From: Escherichia phage vB_EcoM-S1P5QW
Sequence record: OL956808.1
Direction: 5' to 3' (one strand)
Length of the DNA stretch: 64,000 nt
Positions 20,059 to 28,981 of this stretch are shown piece after piece. A program made the position numbers and the translations under genes. The notes under the pieces were generated by a model. That model ran no database searches. It had not been told where the DNA came from and saw only the letters and a list, made by a program, of their open reading frames with translations. Numbering within the stretch: the stretch's first letter is position 1; each line of letters starts with the position of its first letter.

Positions 20059-20604
20059 ATGAGAAAAGCACTACTCGCTGGTCTATTGGCCATTTCAATG
20101 ATGGCACATAGCTCCGAGCATACTTTCAGTAATGTCCAACTCGATAACATGCGTTACGCGTATCAATTCGGGGAACAATTTTCTAAGGATGGAAAATATA
20201 AAACACACAAAAATATCCACAAGAGCGGATTAGGTCATATAATGGCTGCCATTTTATGGCAAGAAAGCTCTGGCGGAGTTAATTTAAAATCTAAACCAAA
20301 GCATCACGCCTACGGAATGTTCCAAAATTATTTGCCTACTATGCGAGCAAGAGTTAAGGAACTTGGTTATAATATGACCGATGCTGAAATAAAAAGAATG
20401 TTGAATAAACGGTCCAATTCAGCTTCCTGGGCGTACATTGAACTTTCTTATTGGTTAAATATACATAAGGGCGATATAAGAAAAGCAATATCCTCTTATA
20501 ATTCGGGATGGAATGTTAAAGCAGGTTCTAAATATGCTTCTGAAGTCCTAGAAAAGGCTAATTACCTTAAAAATAATAAACTTTTGGAAATAGTAAATGA
20601 CTAA
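20059..20604 (+). CDS. secreted lytic-transglycosylase-like protein
   Basis: 181 aa with N-terminal signal peptide; SLT-like motif ILWQESSGG...YGMFQ. Confidence 0.55.
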   Translation: MRKALLAGLLAISMMAHSSEHTFSNVQLDNMRYAYQFGEQFSKDGKYKTHKNIHKSGLGHIMAAILWQESSGGVNLKSKPKHHAYGMFQNYLPTMRARVKELGYNMTDAEIKRMLNKRSNSASWAYIELSYWLNIHKGDIRKAISSYNSGWNVKAGSKYASEVLEKANYLKNNKLLEIVND

Positions 20605-20938
20605 AATTTTGGTTTTATGTATAGGATTAATTTCATTTTCTGCGTTAGCAGATACATCATATACTGAAATTAGAGAGTATGTAAACCGTACTGCAGCGGA
20701 TTATTGCGGGAAAAATAAAGCATGCCAAGCTGAATTTGCGCAGAAATTAATATATGCATATAAAGACGGAGAAAGAGATAAATCAAGCAGATACAAAAAC
20801 GATACATTGTTAAAACGATATGCTAAAAAGTGGAATACCTTAGAATGTTCAGTTGCGGAGGAAAAAGATAAAGCCGCTTGTCATTCAATGGTTGACCGTT
20901 TGGTAGATTCTTATAATCGAGGATTGAGTACTAGATGA
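20597..20938 (+). CDS. secreted hypothetical protein
   Basis: 113 aa with signal-peptide-like N-terminus MTKILVLCIGLISFSALA and several Cys. Confidence 0.5.
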   Translation: MTKILVLCIGLISFSALADTSYTEIREYVNRTAADYCGKNKACQAEFAQKLIYAYKDGERDKSSRYKNDTLLKRYAKKWNTLECSVAEEKDKAACHSMVDRLVDSYNRGLSTR

Positions 20939-21414
20939 TTGTAAAATATATCAAGGGCGATATTGTCGCCCTCTTTCTTGAAGGTAATATTATTGCGCAT
21001 GGGTGTAACTGTTTTCATACAATGGGCAGTGGTGTAGCTGGTCAATTAGCAAGAGCCTATCCCAAAATTTTAGAAATAGATAAAACCACTACTGAGTACG
21101 GTTCTCGTGATAAATTAGGCGATATGTCTATTGTTTTTAAACATAAACCTAATGGTTTTGGCATATGTTATAACTTGTATACGCAATACGAACCAGGTCC
21201 TAATCTTGATTATGGTGCTTTAGTAAACTGCATGATAGAATTAAATCTACAGGCAGAAACCCTTTTGTTTAAACCAGTAATTTACATTCCACGCATAGGT
21301 TGTGGTATTGCTGGCGGCGATTGGGATAAGGTTTCTAAATTAATCGACATGTTTACTCCTGATATTGATTTAATAGTGGTGGATTATGAAAGTACATTAC
21401 CCACATCCGTTTGA
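20935..21414 (+). CDS. macrodomain protein (ADP-ribose binding/hydrolase-like)
   Basis: 159 aa; motifs HGCNC...MGSGVAGQLA and IGCGIAGG resemble macro-domain N-x(6)-GGGV and G-x-G signatures. Confidence 0.6.
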   Translation: MIVKYIKGDIVALFLEGNIIAHGCNCFHTMGSGVAGQLARAYPKILEIDKTTTEYGSRDKLGDMSIVFKHKPNGFGICYNLYTQYEPGPNLDYGALVNCMIELNLQAETLLFKPVIYIPRIGCGIAGGDWDKVSKLIDMFTPDIDLIVVDYESTLPTSV

Positions 21415-21598
21415 TCCTAAAAACAAAGTGGAAATTATTCGTCAATGGGAACGCATTTGCCGTACTAAATGTCCAATTAATAGTCCACATGATGTAGATA
21501 AAGACTACATTGGAACATTCGTTGAATATACCTTTATTGATAAGAAAGGTCGTAAACAACATGTAGAAGAATATTGCTTAAAGGTTACATGGTTATGA
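21386..21598 (+). CDS. hypothetical protein
   Basis: 70-aa ORF overlapping the macrodomain gene end. Confidence 0.4.
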   Translation: MKVHYPHPFDPKNKVEIIRQWERICRTKCPINSPHDVDKDYIGTFVEYTFIDKKGRKQHVEEYCLKVTWL

Positions 21599-21801
21599 GC
21601 CAAACTAGTATTCTTAAAAATGCCCACTGTGAAAAGTGTAAGTGGCCTGTTGTTTTTGCTTTATGTAATGATGAAATGGCTTGTGATTTCGATTATTGGT
21701 GCTATTGTTCTAATAAAGGATGCATCAATCATAAAGGTGAAGGATTTTATTCGGGATTTTATCCTTATCCTGATTTCGTTAAAGAAGGTAAACCAAAATG
21801 A
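21574..21801 (+). CDS. Cys-rich small protein (putative zinc-binding)
   Basis: 75 aa with CEKCKW...CNDEMACDFDYWCYCSNKGC. Confidence 0.45.
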   Translation: MLKGYMVMSQTSILKNAHCEKCKWPVVFALCNDEMACDFDYWCYCSNKGCINHKGEGFYSGFYPYPDFVKEGKPK

Positions 21802-21974
21802 ATGATGATTTAAAATATCAATTATTACGTGAACTTGATGTTTTGATTGAACTTTCTGCGCAAAAAGGATTTATAATTGGATCAGGTCAAAAAGACCCCA
21901 ACGGTCATTCAATCGTAGCGGTTATGAATCAGAAACGAGTCATTTTAAAACTTTTGGGGATTGACATACTGTGA
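21798..21974 (+). CDS. hypothetical small protein
   Basis: 58-aa ORF below the track cutoff; ATGA overlap upstream and GTGA overlap downstream. Confidence 0.4.
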   Translation: MNDDLKYQLLRELDVLIELSAQKGFIIGSGQKDPNGHSIVAVMNQKRVILKLLGIDIL

Positions 21975-22156
21975 GTCTAAGCAAAGAACAAAAAGATAAA
22001 TTGTTTGAGCTTATCCATGAACTTCTAGATGAGCATATAGAAGCAAACACCTTTTATGATGAATACGGCCCGCTATCTCCAGAACAGCAGGAAGAATTTG
22101 CTGATCGGTTTGATAAGAAAGAAAATGAATTAATAGCTTATGTGAATACGCTTTAA
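21971..22156 (+). CDS. small helical protein (paralog family)
   Basis: 61 aa, GTG start; resembles the ~60-aa family at 23975-24888. Confidence 0.45.
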   Translation: MSLSKEQKDKLFELIHELLDEHIEANTFYDEYGPLSPEQQEEFADRFDKKENELIAYVNTL

Positions 22157-22165
22157 GAAGGTGAT

Positions 22166-22747
22166 ATGGCGAGTTTAATTTTTACTTATGCAGCAATGAA
22201 TGCTGGAAAATCTGCTTCTCTTTTGACTGCTGCACATAATTATAAAGAACGTGGAATGAGTGTATTAGTTCTTAAGCCTGCTATTGATACTCGCGATTCT
22301 GTCTGTGAAGTTGTTTCTCGCATTGGAATTAAACAGGAAGCGAATATTATTACAGATGATATGGATATTTTCGAGTTCTATAAATGGGCTGAAGCACAAA
22401 AAGATATTCATTGCGTATTTGTAGATGAAGCTCAGTTTTTAAAAACTGAACAGGTGCATCAATTAAGTCGAATTGTTGATACATATAATGTTCCTGTTAT
22501 GGCTTATGGATTAAGGACTGATTTCGCTGGAAAATTGTTTGAAGGTTCTAAAGAACTTTTAGCGATTGCAGATAAACTTATTGAACTAAAGGCAGTTTGT
22601 CATTGTGGTAAAAAAGCGATTATGACAGCTCGATTAATGGAAGATGGAACACCAGTTAAAGAAGGTAATCAAATCTGTATTGGTGATGAAATTTATGTTT
22701 CTTTGTGCAGAAAACATTGGAATGAATTAACTAAAAAGCTCGGTTAG
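22166..22747 (+). CDS. tk: thymidine kinase
   Basis: 193 aa; P-loop NAGKSASL and C-terminal Cys cluster typical of type II thymidine kinases; RBS AAGGTGA. Confidence 0.9.
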   Translation: MASLIFTYAAMNAGKSASLLTAAHNYKERGMSVLVLKPAIDTRDSVCEVVSRIGIKQEANIITDDMDIFEFYKWAEAQKDIHCVFVDEAQFLKTEQVHQLSRIVDTYNVPVMAYGLRTDFAGKLFEGSKELLAIADKLIELKAVCHCGKKAIMTARLMEDGTPVKEGNQICIGDEIYVSLCRKHWNELTKKLG

Positions 22748-22756
22748 TGCAAAAGT

Positions 22757-22764
22757 TATAAATA
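22757..22764 (+). promoter_or_regulatory. late promoter TATAAATA
   Basis: exact octamer upstream of the 22790 ORF. Confidence 0.45.
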
Positions 22765-22789
22765 GGTTTATCTAACTAAAGGGGTATAT

Positions 22790-23002
22790 ATGCTACAATT
22801 AACTGAAAAGCAACTTCGCAATCTTACTGTTCTTCAATTAGATGAAATTCGTAGGGAAGTTGGAAATATCATTTCAGCTTTGCGTCGAGAAGTATCACTC
22901 AACCAATCTCCGGCAGACTATACTAGATTGCGAAATTTTGAAAAATACCTTGATAAAGTTAAGGCCGTGCATCGGCATAAAGTAAATACAGGACAAAAAT
23001 GA
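22790..23002 (+). CDS. hypothetical protein (rI-adjacent)
   Basis: 70 aa, RBS AAAGGGG. Confidence 0.5.
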
Positions 23003-23014
23003 TAGGAGGCCTTT

Positions 23015-23308
23015 ATGGCCTTAAAAGCAACGGCACTTTTTGCCATGCTAGGATTGTCATTTGTTTTATCTCCATCGATTGAAGCGAATGTCGATCCTCA
23101 TTTTGATAAATTTATGGAATCTGGTATTAGGCACGTTTATACACTTTTTGAAAATAAAAGCGTAGAATCGTCTGAACAATTCTATAGTTTTATGAGAACG
23201 ACCTATAAAAATGACCCGTGCTCTTCTGATTTTGAATGTATAGAACGAGGCGCGGAGATGGCACAATCATACGCTAGAATTATGAACATTAAATTGGAGA
23301 CTGAATGA
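23015..23308 (+). CDS. rI: lysis inhibition regulator RI (periplasmic antiholin)
   Basis: 97 aa with signal-anchor N-terminus MALKATALFAMLGLSFVLSPSIEA; matches recalled T4 RI; RBS GGAGG. Confidence 0.85.
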   Translation: MALKATALFAMLGLSFVLSPSIEANVDPHFDKFMESGIRHVYTLFENKSVESSEQFYSFMRTTYKNDPCSSDFECIERGAEMAQSYARIMNIKLETE

Positions 23309-23691
23309 AATTCAGCGACTTTTCACAAAGTGGAAAACCTTCAAAGGCAGATGAATACTTAGGTTTATTAATGGCTGCACAAGCTTATTTTCATTCTGCA
23401 CATTTTGAAACTAAAAGTTATGCTAGACACAAAGCATACGATTTTATTTTCTCCGAGTTGCCAGATTTGATTGATAAATTTGGTGAGCAATATTTGGGGT
23501 ATTCTGGTAGAAAATACACGCCTTCAATTCCAGATGCCAGTAAACTTCCTACCGACACAATTAAAATGATTGATCGCATACTAGACCAATCTAACAGCAT
23601 TTATAAAGAAATGCCTCCAGCCATTCAAAGCACGATAGATGATATTACTGGAATGTTTTACCAGAGTAAGTATCTTCTTTCCCTCGAATAA
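23305..23691 (+). CDS. hypothetical protein (rI.1 position)
   Basis: 128 aa, ATGA overlap with rI. Confidence 0.55.
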   Translation: MKFSDFSQSGKPSKADEYLGLLMAAQAYFHSAHFETKSYARHKAYDFIFSELPDLIDKFGEQYLGYSGRKYTPSIPDASKLPTDTIKMIDRILDQSNSIYKEMPPAIQSTIDDITGMFYQSKYLLSLE

Positions 23692-23695
23692 CATT

Positions 23696-23719
23696 AGTCT
23701 CCTTCGGGAGACTTTTTTC
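23696..23719 (+). terminator. intrinsic terminator hairpin plus T-run
   Basis: AGTCTCCTTCGGGAGACT followed by TTTTTT. Confidence 0.7.
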
Positions 23720-23728
23720 ATTTTACCG

Positions 23729-23759
23729 GTTTACTTTCCGTTTGAGCTGTGATACTATA
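23729..23759 (+). promoter_or_regulatory. early promoter cassette
   Basis: GGTTTAC...GTGATACTATACAACTATC, same -10 module as other cassettes. Confidence 0.55.
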
Positions 23760-23786
23760 CAACTATCGGATAAAGAGGAGAACATC

Positions 23787-23975
23787 ATGAAAATTGAAGC
23801 ACTCAATCAAGAAGGAAATATCTACGTCATCATTAATGGTGATTTTTTCGTCGACATGGATGAAGTTACTAGTGAAGAACTTGTAGAATTTCTTAAGAAA
23901 CGTTATAATATGTGTGATGAAGTTGCAACTCACATGGCATGTGCAATATTCTCTCTTTCATATGTGGTGGAATAA
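23787..23975 (+). CDS. small protein
   Basis: 62 aa from ATG 23787 after RBS AAAGAGGAGAA. Confidence 0.5.
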   Translation: MKIEALNQEGNIYVIINGDFFVDMDEVTSEELVEFLKKRYNMCDEVATHMACAIFSLSYVVE

Positions 23976-24178
23976 TGATTAGTATCGAACAAGCGGATAA
24001 AATTAAGGAATTGGTAGCTTTAATTCGTAAAGCAGATGAGGAACTTAGTGACTTTGCTTGGTTTTCGTCAGGCATTGCAAATAAAGGTATTGATGAACTT
24101 GAAGCTAAAGTTGATAATGCTTTAGAAGCGTTAGATATGTTTCTTGATGAAATTATCGATCATAATACGAGAGTTTAA
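23975..24178 (+). CDS. small helical protein (paralog family)
   Basis: 67 aa; start overlaps upstream stop. Confidence 0.5.
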   Translation: MISIEQADKIKELVALIRKADEELSDFAWFSSGIANKGIDELEAKVDNALEALDMFLDEIIDHNTRV

Positions 24179-24180
24179 GT

Positions 24181-24375
24181 ATGCTAACACGCGAACAGTT
24201 TGAAAAAATCATTAAATTAGCACGTGATATTGAAATAGATTCATACCAATTAGCAGTTGAGCATTGTGAAGGATATTCATACGACGGTATAGAAGCAGCT
24301 AAAAAGGATTTGGATAAATCTAAAGCTAAGTTAGTTCAATATCTTGAAATGATTAGGTGGAATAATGAAAACTGA
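24181..24375 (+). CDS. small helical protein (paralog family)
   Basis: 64 aa. Confidence 0.5.
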   Translation: MLTREQFEKIIKLARDIEIDSYQLAVEHCEGYSYDGIEAAKKDLDKSKAKLVQYLEMIRWNNEN

Positions 24376-24538
24376 AAAGCAGATGTTTTTAATGAAACTA
24401 ATTGAAGAATATGCTAATGCAGTTTCTGACTATGAATGTTCTTCTCGGGAAAGAGGTACAGCTTTCGCCAAAGAAGAAATGAAAATCATGGTTGATGCTC
24501 ACACAAAGCTTCAGAATTTTATTGAAAACGTCATTTAA
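24365..24538 (+). CDS. small helical protein (paralog family)
   Basis: 57-aa ORF missed by the 60-aa cutoff; MKTEKQMFLMKLIEEYANAV resembles neighbours. Confidence 0.4.
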   Translation: MKTEKQMFLMKLIEEYANAVSDYECSSRERGTAFAKEEMKIMVDAHTKLQNFIENVI

Positions 24539-24540
24539 TG

Positions 24541-24570
24541 GTTTACAAGTTGGCAAGGTTATGGTATAGT
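24541..24570 (+). promoter_or_regulatory. early promoter (GTTTAC ... TGGTATAGT)
   Basis: read in sequence directly after upstream stop. Confidence 0.5.
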
Positions 24571-24702
24571 AATCTTGTCAACTTCCAAGGAGAAGAGAAT
24601 GAAAGTTTTGTTTGTTGTGTATGTGATGATTCAATATAATTACCCAATGTTTACTTATAATTTGGTAAACAACATTATTGATATGATTCAGAGGAGTATG
24701 TA

Positions 24703-24888
24703 ATGACAAGTGAGCAGGCTTTTAAATTAAGAGAATTAATTGAGACGTATAGTAAAGCTGTTCATACATCAACAATTATTGATGAATCAGCTTTCTCCGG
24801 ACATGCTAACAAGATTAAATACAAAACTCTTATGGAAGAAGCTAAAGTAAATCTTGATTCTTATATTGAAACTTTAATTGGTAAATAA
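24703..24888 (+). CDS. small helical protein (paralog family)
   Basis: 61 aa, RBS AGAGGAG. Confidence 0.5.
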   Translation: MTSEQAFKLRELIETYSKAVHTSTIIDESAFSGHANKIKYKTLMEEAKVNLDSYIETLIGK

Positions 24889-24889
24889 T

Positions 24890-25432
24890 ATGAAAGCTGT
24901 AATTGAAACAACTGATTTGTTCGGTGACCTAGTTATCGAAAAACGCGGTAATGTATACGTTCTGACGCAGGAAGACGATAGTATTACTATTCTTCCTATG
25001 GAACTGGCTGCGATTTTATCTTATGCTCCCTCAGGAGTTACCGGTGTAACTAATATTACAGGTGACCTCCAAGTTCGTTTTTATCGTGGCCTTTACGGCG
25101 GTAATATTGAAACTGAATTTATGTGTCTTTCTATCAACAATTGGGCAACATTCGTTGCCAAGGTGAAAGAATTCTTAGAATCTGAAACAGCCGAAACACC
25201 CGAAAAGGCTAAACTTCAATGGGCTAAAGATCGCGGTGCTAACATTATTAATCCAGTAGCTGCAAACTATACTACGACTTTGGATGTCAAGACTTCTTAT
25301 GAAGATGGCGATGTCGTACTTGTTCGCCAAAATGATGATTCTCGAGCACATATTGTCACATTTACCAAAGACGAAGCTATTGCGCTAAAGACTTATCTTG
25401 ATTCTGTCATTCCAACTATGATTTCAAAGTGA
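24890..25432 (+). CDS. hypothetical protein (paralog A)
   Basis: 180 aa from ATG 24890; shares N- and C-terminal motifs with the 25439 ORF. Confidence 0.55.
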   Translation: MKAVIETTDLFGDLVIEKRGNVYVLTQEDDSITILPMELAAILSYAPSGVTGVTNITGDLQVRFYRGLYGGNIETEFMCLSINNWATFVAKVKEFLESETAETPEKAKLQWAKDRGANIINPVAANYTTTLDVKTSYEDGDVVLVRQNDDSRAHIVTFTKDEAIALKTYLDSVIPTMISK

Positions 25433-25438
25433 GGAAAT

Positions 25439-25960
25439 ATGTTTATTTCAAGTGGAAGTGGTTTAATTCGTGTTGAATTTAAAAATGACATCTTTCTTAT
25501 TCAAGGAGATGATATTATTAAAATGAGTTATGACGAAATCAAGAAAATTTGTCATGCTCTTGAAAGTCATGGAAAAGTGAACGCTGTTATTGATATTGGC
25601 GATTTATGGGTGACGCTTTATGAAGTATCCGAAGGATTTAACATTGAAGATGAAAATAACATTTTAGCTATTGATAAAAGAACTGATTTGCTTGATATAT
25701 TAAAAGCCTATGAGCAGTCAAATGGCGGAAGAAAAGCTGCATTGATTTATCAAAAACCGCATTCATGTGGAACTGCTTCAATCATTTCAAATATTGAAGG
25801 CGAAGTTGATACTTATATGTGTGTTTTAAAAGCTGGTGGTGACCGTCATCCGGATTTTATTTCTATTCGTCAAAGCAATGGAGAAATTTCATTATCAAAA
25901 TCAGAAGCTGAAGCTATGATTAAGTATTTAACAACCGTTACGCCTTCAATGAAAGGATAA
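25439..25960 (+). CDS. hypothetical protein (paralog B)
   Basis: 173 aa; C-terminus EAMIKYLTTVTPSM parallels EAIALKTYLDSVIPTM of upstream gene. Confidence 0.55.
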   Translation: MFISSGSGLIRVEFKNDIFLIQGDDIIKMSYDEIKKICHALESHGKVNAVIDIGDLWVTLYEVSEGFNIEDENNILAIDKRTDLLDILKAYEQSNGGRKAALIYQKPHSCGTASIISNIEGEVDTYMCVLKAGGDRHPDFISIRQSNGEISLSKSEAEAMIKYLTTVTPSMKG

Positions 25961-25962
25961 TT

Positions 25963-26424
25963 ATGATTATTAATGAAAACTCTTGGCATTATAAATTATT
26001 CAAATTGTTTAACGACGAATGGCAACGACCTAAGACACTATGCGCATATTTTTGGTCTATTGCCATTCCTACATTTTTCGTTTCTATTTTTGGATGTGCT
26101 ATACTCGTAGGGCTAACAATTATTTGTGCAGAAAGCCTACAACGTTGGCTTATTTTCGGTAGTTTATGGACTCTTCTTCCATCGGCATTTATACTTGCAC
26201 TTTTGGTTGTTTTACTTATTATCGGTTCATTTGTTATTCCTGCACATTTGCGTGAAAAATATAAAGATTATAAATGGAAAAAGGATTATGCTTTACGCGT
26301 AGAAAATATTGATAGGGCGTATAAAGGTTTACCTCCTATTCAACCCAAGAAATCGATTATCGTTGAATTTTTAAAAGCTCGTAAAGCTAAAGTATGTCCT
26401 GTTATTGAATATAAGGCTGAATGA
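25963..26424 (+). CDS. membrane protein
   Basis: 153 aa with two long hydrophobic segments. Confidence 0.55.
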   Translation: MIINENSWHYKLFKLFNDEWQRPKTLCAYFWSIAIPTFFVSIFGCAILVGLTIICAESLQRWLIFGSLWTLLPSAFILALLVVLLIIGSFVIPAHLREKYKDYKWKKDYALRVENIDRAYKGLPPIQPKKSIIVEFLKARKAKVCPVIEYKAE

Positions 26425-27434
26425 TGAAAACAGTAATGAAAAGCTATTTTGGTAGTCATCTTTATGGAACTTCTACCCCAGAATCTGATGTAGATTTTAA
26501 AGAAATCTTTGTTCCTCCTGCTCGCGATATTCTTATCGGAAATGTCAAAGAGCACATGAGTAAAAACACTAACAACACATCATCTAAAAACACTAAAGAT
26601 GATATTGACCATGAACTATACAGTCTTAAATATTTCTTTAAATTAGCAGCAGATGGTGAAACTGTAGCATTGGATATGCTTCACACTCCACCTGAATTAG
26701 TGGTTAAATCTGATTTGCCTGATGTGTGGAAGTTTATTCAAGACAACCGTTCTCGTTTTTATACGACTAACATGAAATCATATTTAGGATATGTTCGCAA
26801 GCAAGCTTCTAAATACGGTGTCAAGGGTTCTCGTTTGGCTGCATTACGTGATGTATTGAAAGTAGTTAATCAAATCCCTGAGCAATGGGTTGATTACCAA
26901 GAAGACGGTTCCATTAAGCATCGTCGAACTAAAGTTGAAGATATTAAGCATCGTCTTCCAGAGAACGAATTCTGTGAATGGGTATTCCATAATCATGAGA
27001 AAACAGGTCCACAAACGTTCTACACTGTGTTGGGTCGTAAATATCAAACAACGCTTTCTCTCATTGAGCTTAAGCAGTCTTTGAATAAACTTGATGCTGA
27101 ATACGGCGAACGTGCTCGTAAGGCTGAAGCGAATGAGGGCATTGACTGGAAAGCTCTGAGTCATGCTTGCCGTGGTGGACTCCAACTATTGGAAATTTAC
27201 AAAACTGGTGACTTAGTCTATCCACTTCAAGATGCTCCATTTATTCTTGACGTGAAGTTGGGTAAGCATCCATTTAAAACGGTTCAAGAGTTTTTAGAAG
27301 ATGTGGTCGATCAAGTAGAAGCAGCATCTACTGAAGCTTCTAAGAACGGTATGCAGCAAAAAGTAGACATGAGTTTCTGGGATGACTTCCTTGAGAAGGT
27401 GTATCTCGAAAACCATCGAAGTTATTATAAATGA
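26421..27434 (+). CDS. predicted nucleotidyltransferase (Pol-beta superfamily minimal NTase motif)
   Basis: 337 aa; N-terminal YFGSHLYGTSTPESDVDF matches the hG[GS]-x(9-13)-DhD NTase signature. Confidence 0.55.
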   Translation: MMKTVMKSYFGSHLYGTSTPESDVDFKEIFVPPARDILIGNVKEHMSKNTNNTSSKNTKDDIDHELYSLKYFFKLAADGETVALDMLHTPPELVVKSDLPDVWKFIQDNRSRFYTTNMKSYLGYVRKQASKYGVKGSRLAALRDVLKVVNQIPEQWVDYQEDGSIKHRRTKVEDIKHRLPENEFCEWVFHNHEKTGPQTFYTVLGRKYQTTLSLIELKQSLNKLDAEYGERARKAEANEGIDWKALSHACRGGLQLLEIYKTGDLVYPLQDAPFILDVKLGKHPFKTVQEFLEDVVDQVEAASTEASKNGMQQKVDMSFWDDFLEKVYLENHRSYYK

Positions 27435-27437
27435 TAG

Positions 27438-27461
27438 GGAGCCTTCGGGCTCCCTTTTTTA
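27438..27461 (+). terminator. intrinsic terminator hairpin plus T-run
   Basis: GGGAGCCTTCGGGCTCCC followed by TTTTTT. Confidence 0.7.
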
Positions 27462-27464
27462 TTT

Positions 27465-27548
27465 CAAAAATTTTTCACAAAGTTGTTTACAAGCATAAAG
27501 CTTTATGGTACTATACAACTATCAACTGATACGGATTTGGAGAATAAA
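27465..27548 (+). repeat. promoter/stem-loop cassette (PeSL-like) copy
   Basis: TTTTTCACAAAGTTGTTTACA...TATGGTACTATACAACTATCAACTG shared with cassettes at 12500, 28920, 54297. Confidence 0.6.
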
Positions 27549-28517
27549 ATGAAAACTGTAACTATCAATAAGGGTATCTACTTCGGTAAAGAAATCTCTG
27601 GAACTTTTGAGCTCTTAGGCGAATGGTTCCCAGATAATGCTCCGGTGGATGCACAAGGAGATGGTAAAGTTTTTGTTGAAATTGACGGTAAGCGTCGCGG
27701 TGTTTGGGTTTACAAATCAGACATTTCATATGATGGTGTAAAAGTTGAAGAAGTTAAAGAATCATATGAAGATATGAAAACCCGCATTAATAAAAGATTT
27801 AATGTTATGGGAATGATGACGAATGGTATTATTAACGGAAACATTCGTTCATTAATTATCTCTGGTGCGGCGGGTATTGGTAAAACGTATTCTTTAGATA
27901 AAGCTTTAAATAAAGCAAATGATATTGGATACATTGAATATAAAAGCATTAACGGTAAAATCTCCGGTATCGGTCTTTATGAACAACTTTGGAATAATCG
28001 TGAAGAGAATTCTGTCCTTTTGATTGATGATGTGGATGTTTTCTCTGATATGGACATTCTTAATCTTCTAAAAGCTGCTCTGGACACTGGAGAGACCCGT
28101 AAAGTCTGCTGGAGCACTGCATCTTCTTACTTAGAAGAAAAAGGCATTGAGCGTGAGTTTGAATTTAAAGGAACGATTGTTTTTATCACAAACGTTGACA
28201 TTGACCGCGAATTAGACCGTGGTACTAAACTTGCTCCACATTTACAAGCATTAGTGTCCCGCTCAGTTTATTTGGATTTGGGTGTTCACACTAATGAAGA
28301 AATTATGGTCAGGGTTGAAGATGTTATTCTTTCAACTGACATGATGCAAAAGCGCGGTCTTTCTGATGAAGAAACTTATAAAGCATTATCATGGATGAAA
28401 GTCAATGTTAATCGTTTACGCAATGTTTCACTGCGTACTGCTCTTTATCTTGCTGACTTTATTATGACCGACAAAAACGGTTGGGAAGAAATTGCTGAGG
28501 TTACTCTTCTGAAATAA
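27549..28517 (+). CDS. AAA+ ATPase
   Basis: 322 aa from ATG 27549; Walker A GAAGIGKT, Walker B VLLIDDVD. Confidence 0.6.
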   Translation: MKTVTINKGIYFGKEISGTFELLGEWFPDNAPVDAQGDGKVFVEIDGKRRGVWVYKSDISYDGVKVEEVKESYEDMKTRINKRFNVMGMMTNGIINGNIRSLIISGAAGIGKTYSLDKALNKANDIGYIEYKSINGKISGIGLYEQLWNNREENSVLLIDDVDVFSDMDILNLLKAALDTGETRKVCWSTASSYLEEKGIEREFEFKGTIVFITNVDIDRELDRGTKLAPHLQALVSRSVYLDLGVHTNEEIMVRVEDVILSTDMMQKRGLSDEETYKALSWMKVNVNRLRNVSLRTALYLADFIMTDKNGWEEIAEVTLLK

Positions 28518-28606
28518 TTCATAAGAGGACTTCTATGACAAAAAGGCAGTTCAGAAATAGATTATATGGACTGCCATTAAAAAGATGACTAGAATTAAAC
28601 TGGTGA

Positions 28607-28921
28607 ATGGAGGTAGTGATGTTATACTCAAAGGCTCGTGAAATTTATGAAACTAAAATTAAAGACGCGGTTCATCAGTTCGCAACGACAATGCGTTGGA
28701 CAAATGATTGGGAGTATTCAAAAAATCATAAGAAGCCCTTGGTGACAAGAAAGGCTCATATGTTAGTGTTAATAGACCGTGAGCAGATTAAAGCCCGAGA
28801 AGCCCTCCAGAATCATAAAAAGGCTGCTTTTGAATGGTTTATGGATAACACTGCTCCTGAGACTAAGAAAGCAGTGAGCGCTTGGTTCAGTGGAAAAAAT
28901 TGTGAAAGAAGTTTCTTTTAG
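28607..28921 (+). CDS. hypothetical protein
   Basis: 104-aa ORF, RBS GGAGG. Confidence 0.45.
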   Translation: MEVVMLYSKAREIYETKIKDAVHQFATTMRWTNDWEYSKNHKKPLVTRKAHMLVLIDREQIKAREALQNHKKAAFEWFMDNTAPETKKAVSAWFSGKNCERSFF

Positions 28922-28981
28922 TTGTTTACAAGACCGTTCCTCTGTGGTACTATACAACTATCAACTACGGAGGAACACAAA
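28920..28981 (+). repeat. promoter/stem-loop cassette (PeSL-like) copy
   Basis: GTTTACA...GGTACTATACAACTATCAACTACGGAGGAACACAAAATG; last 41 nt identical to 54350-54390. Confidence 0.6.
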
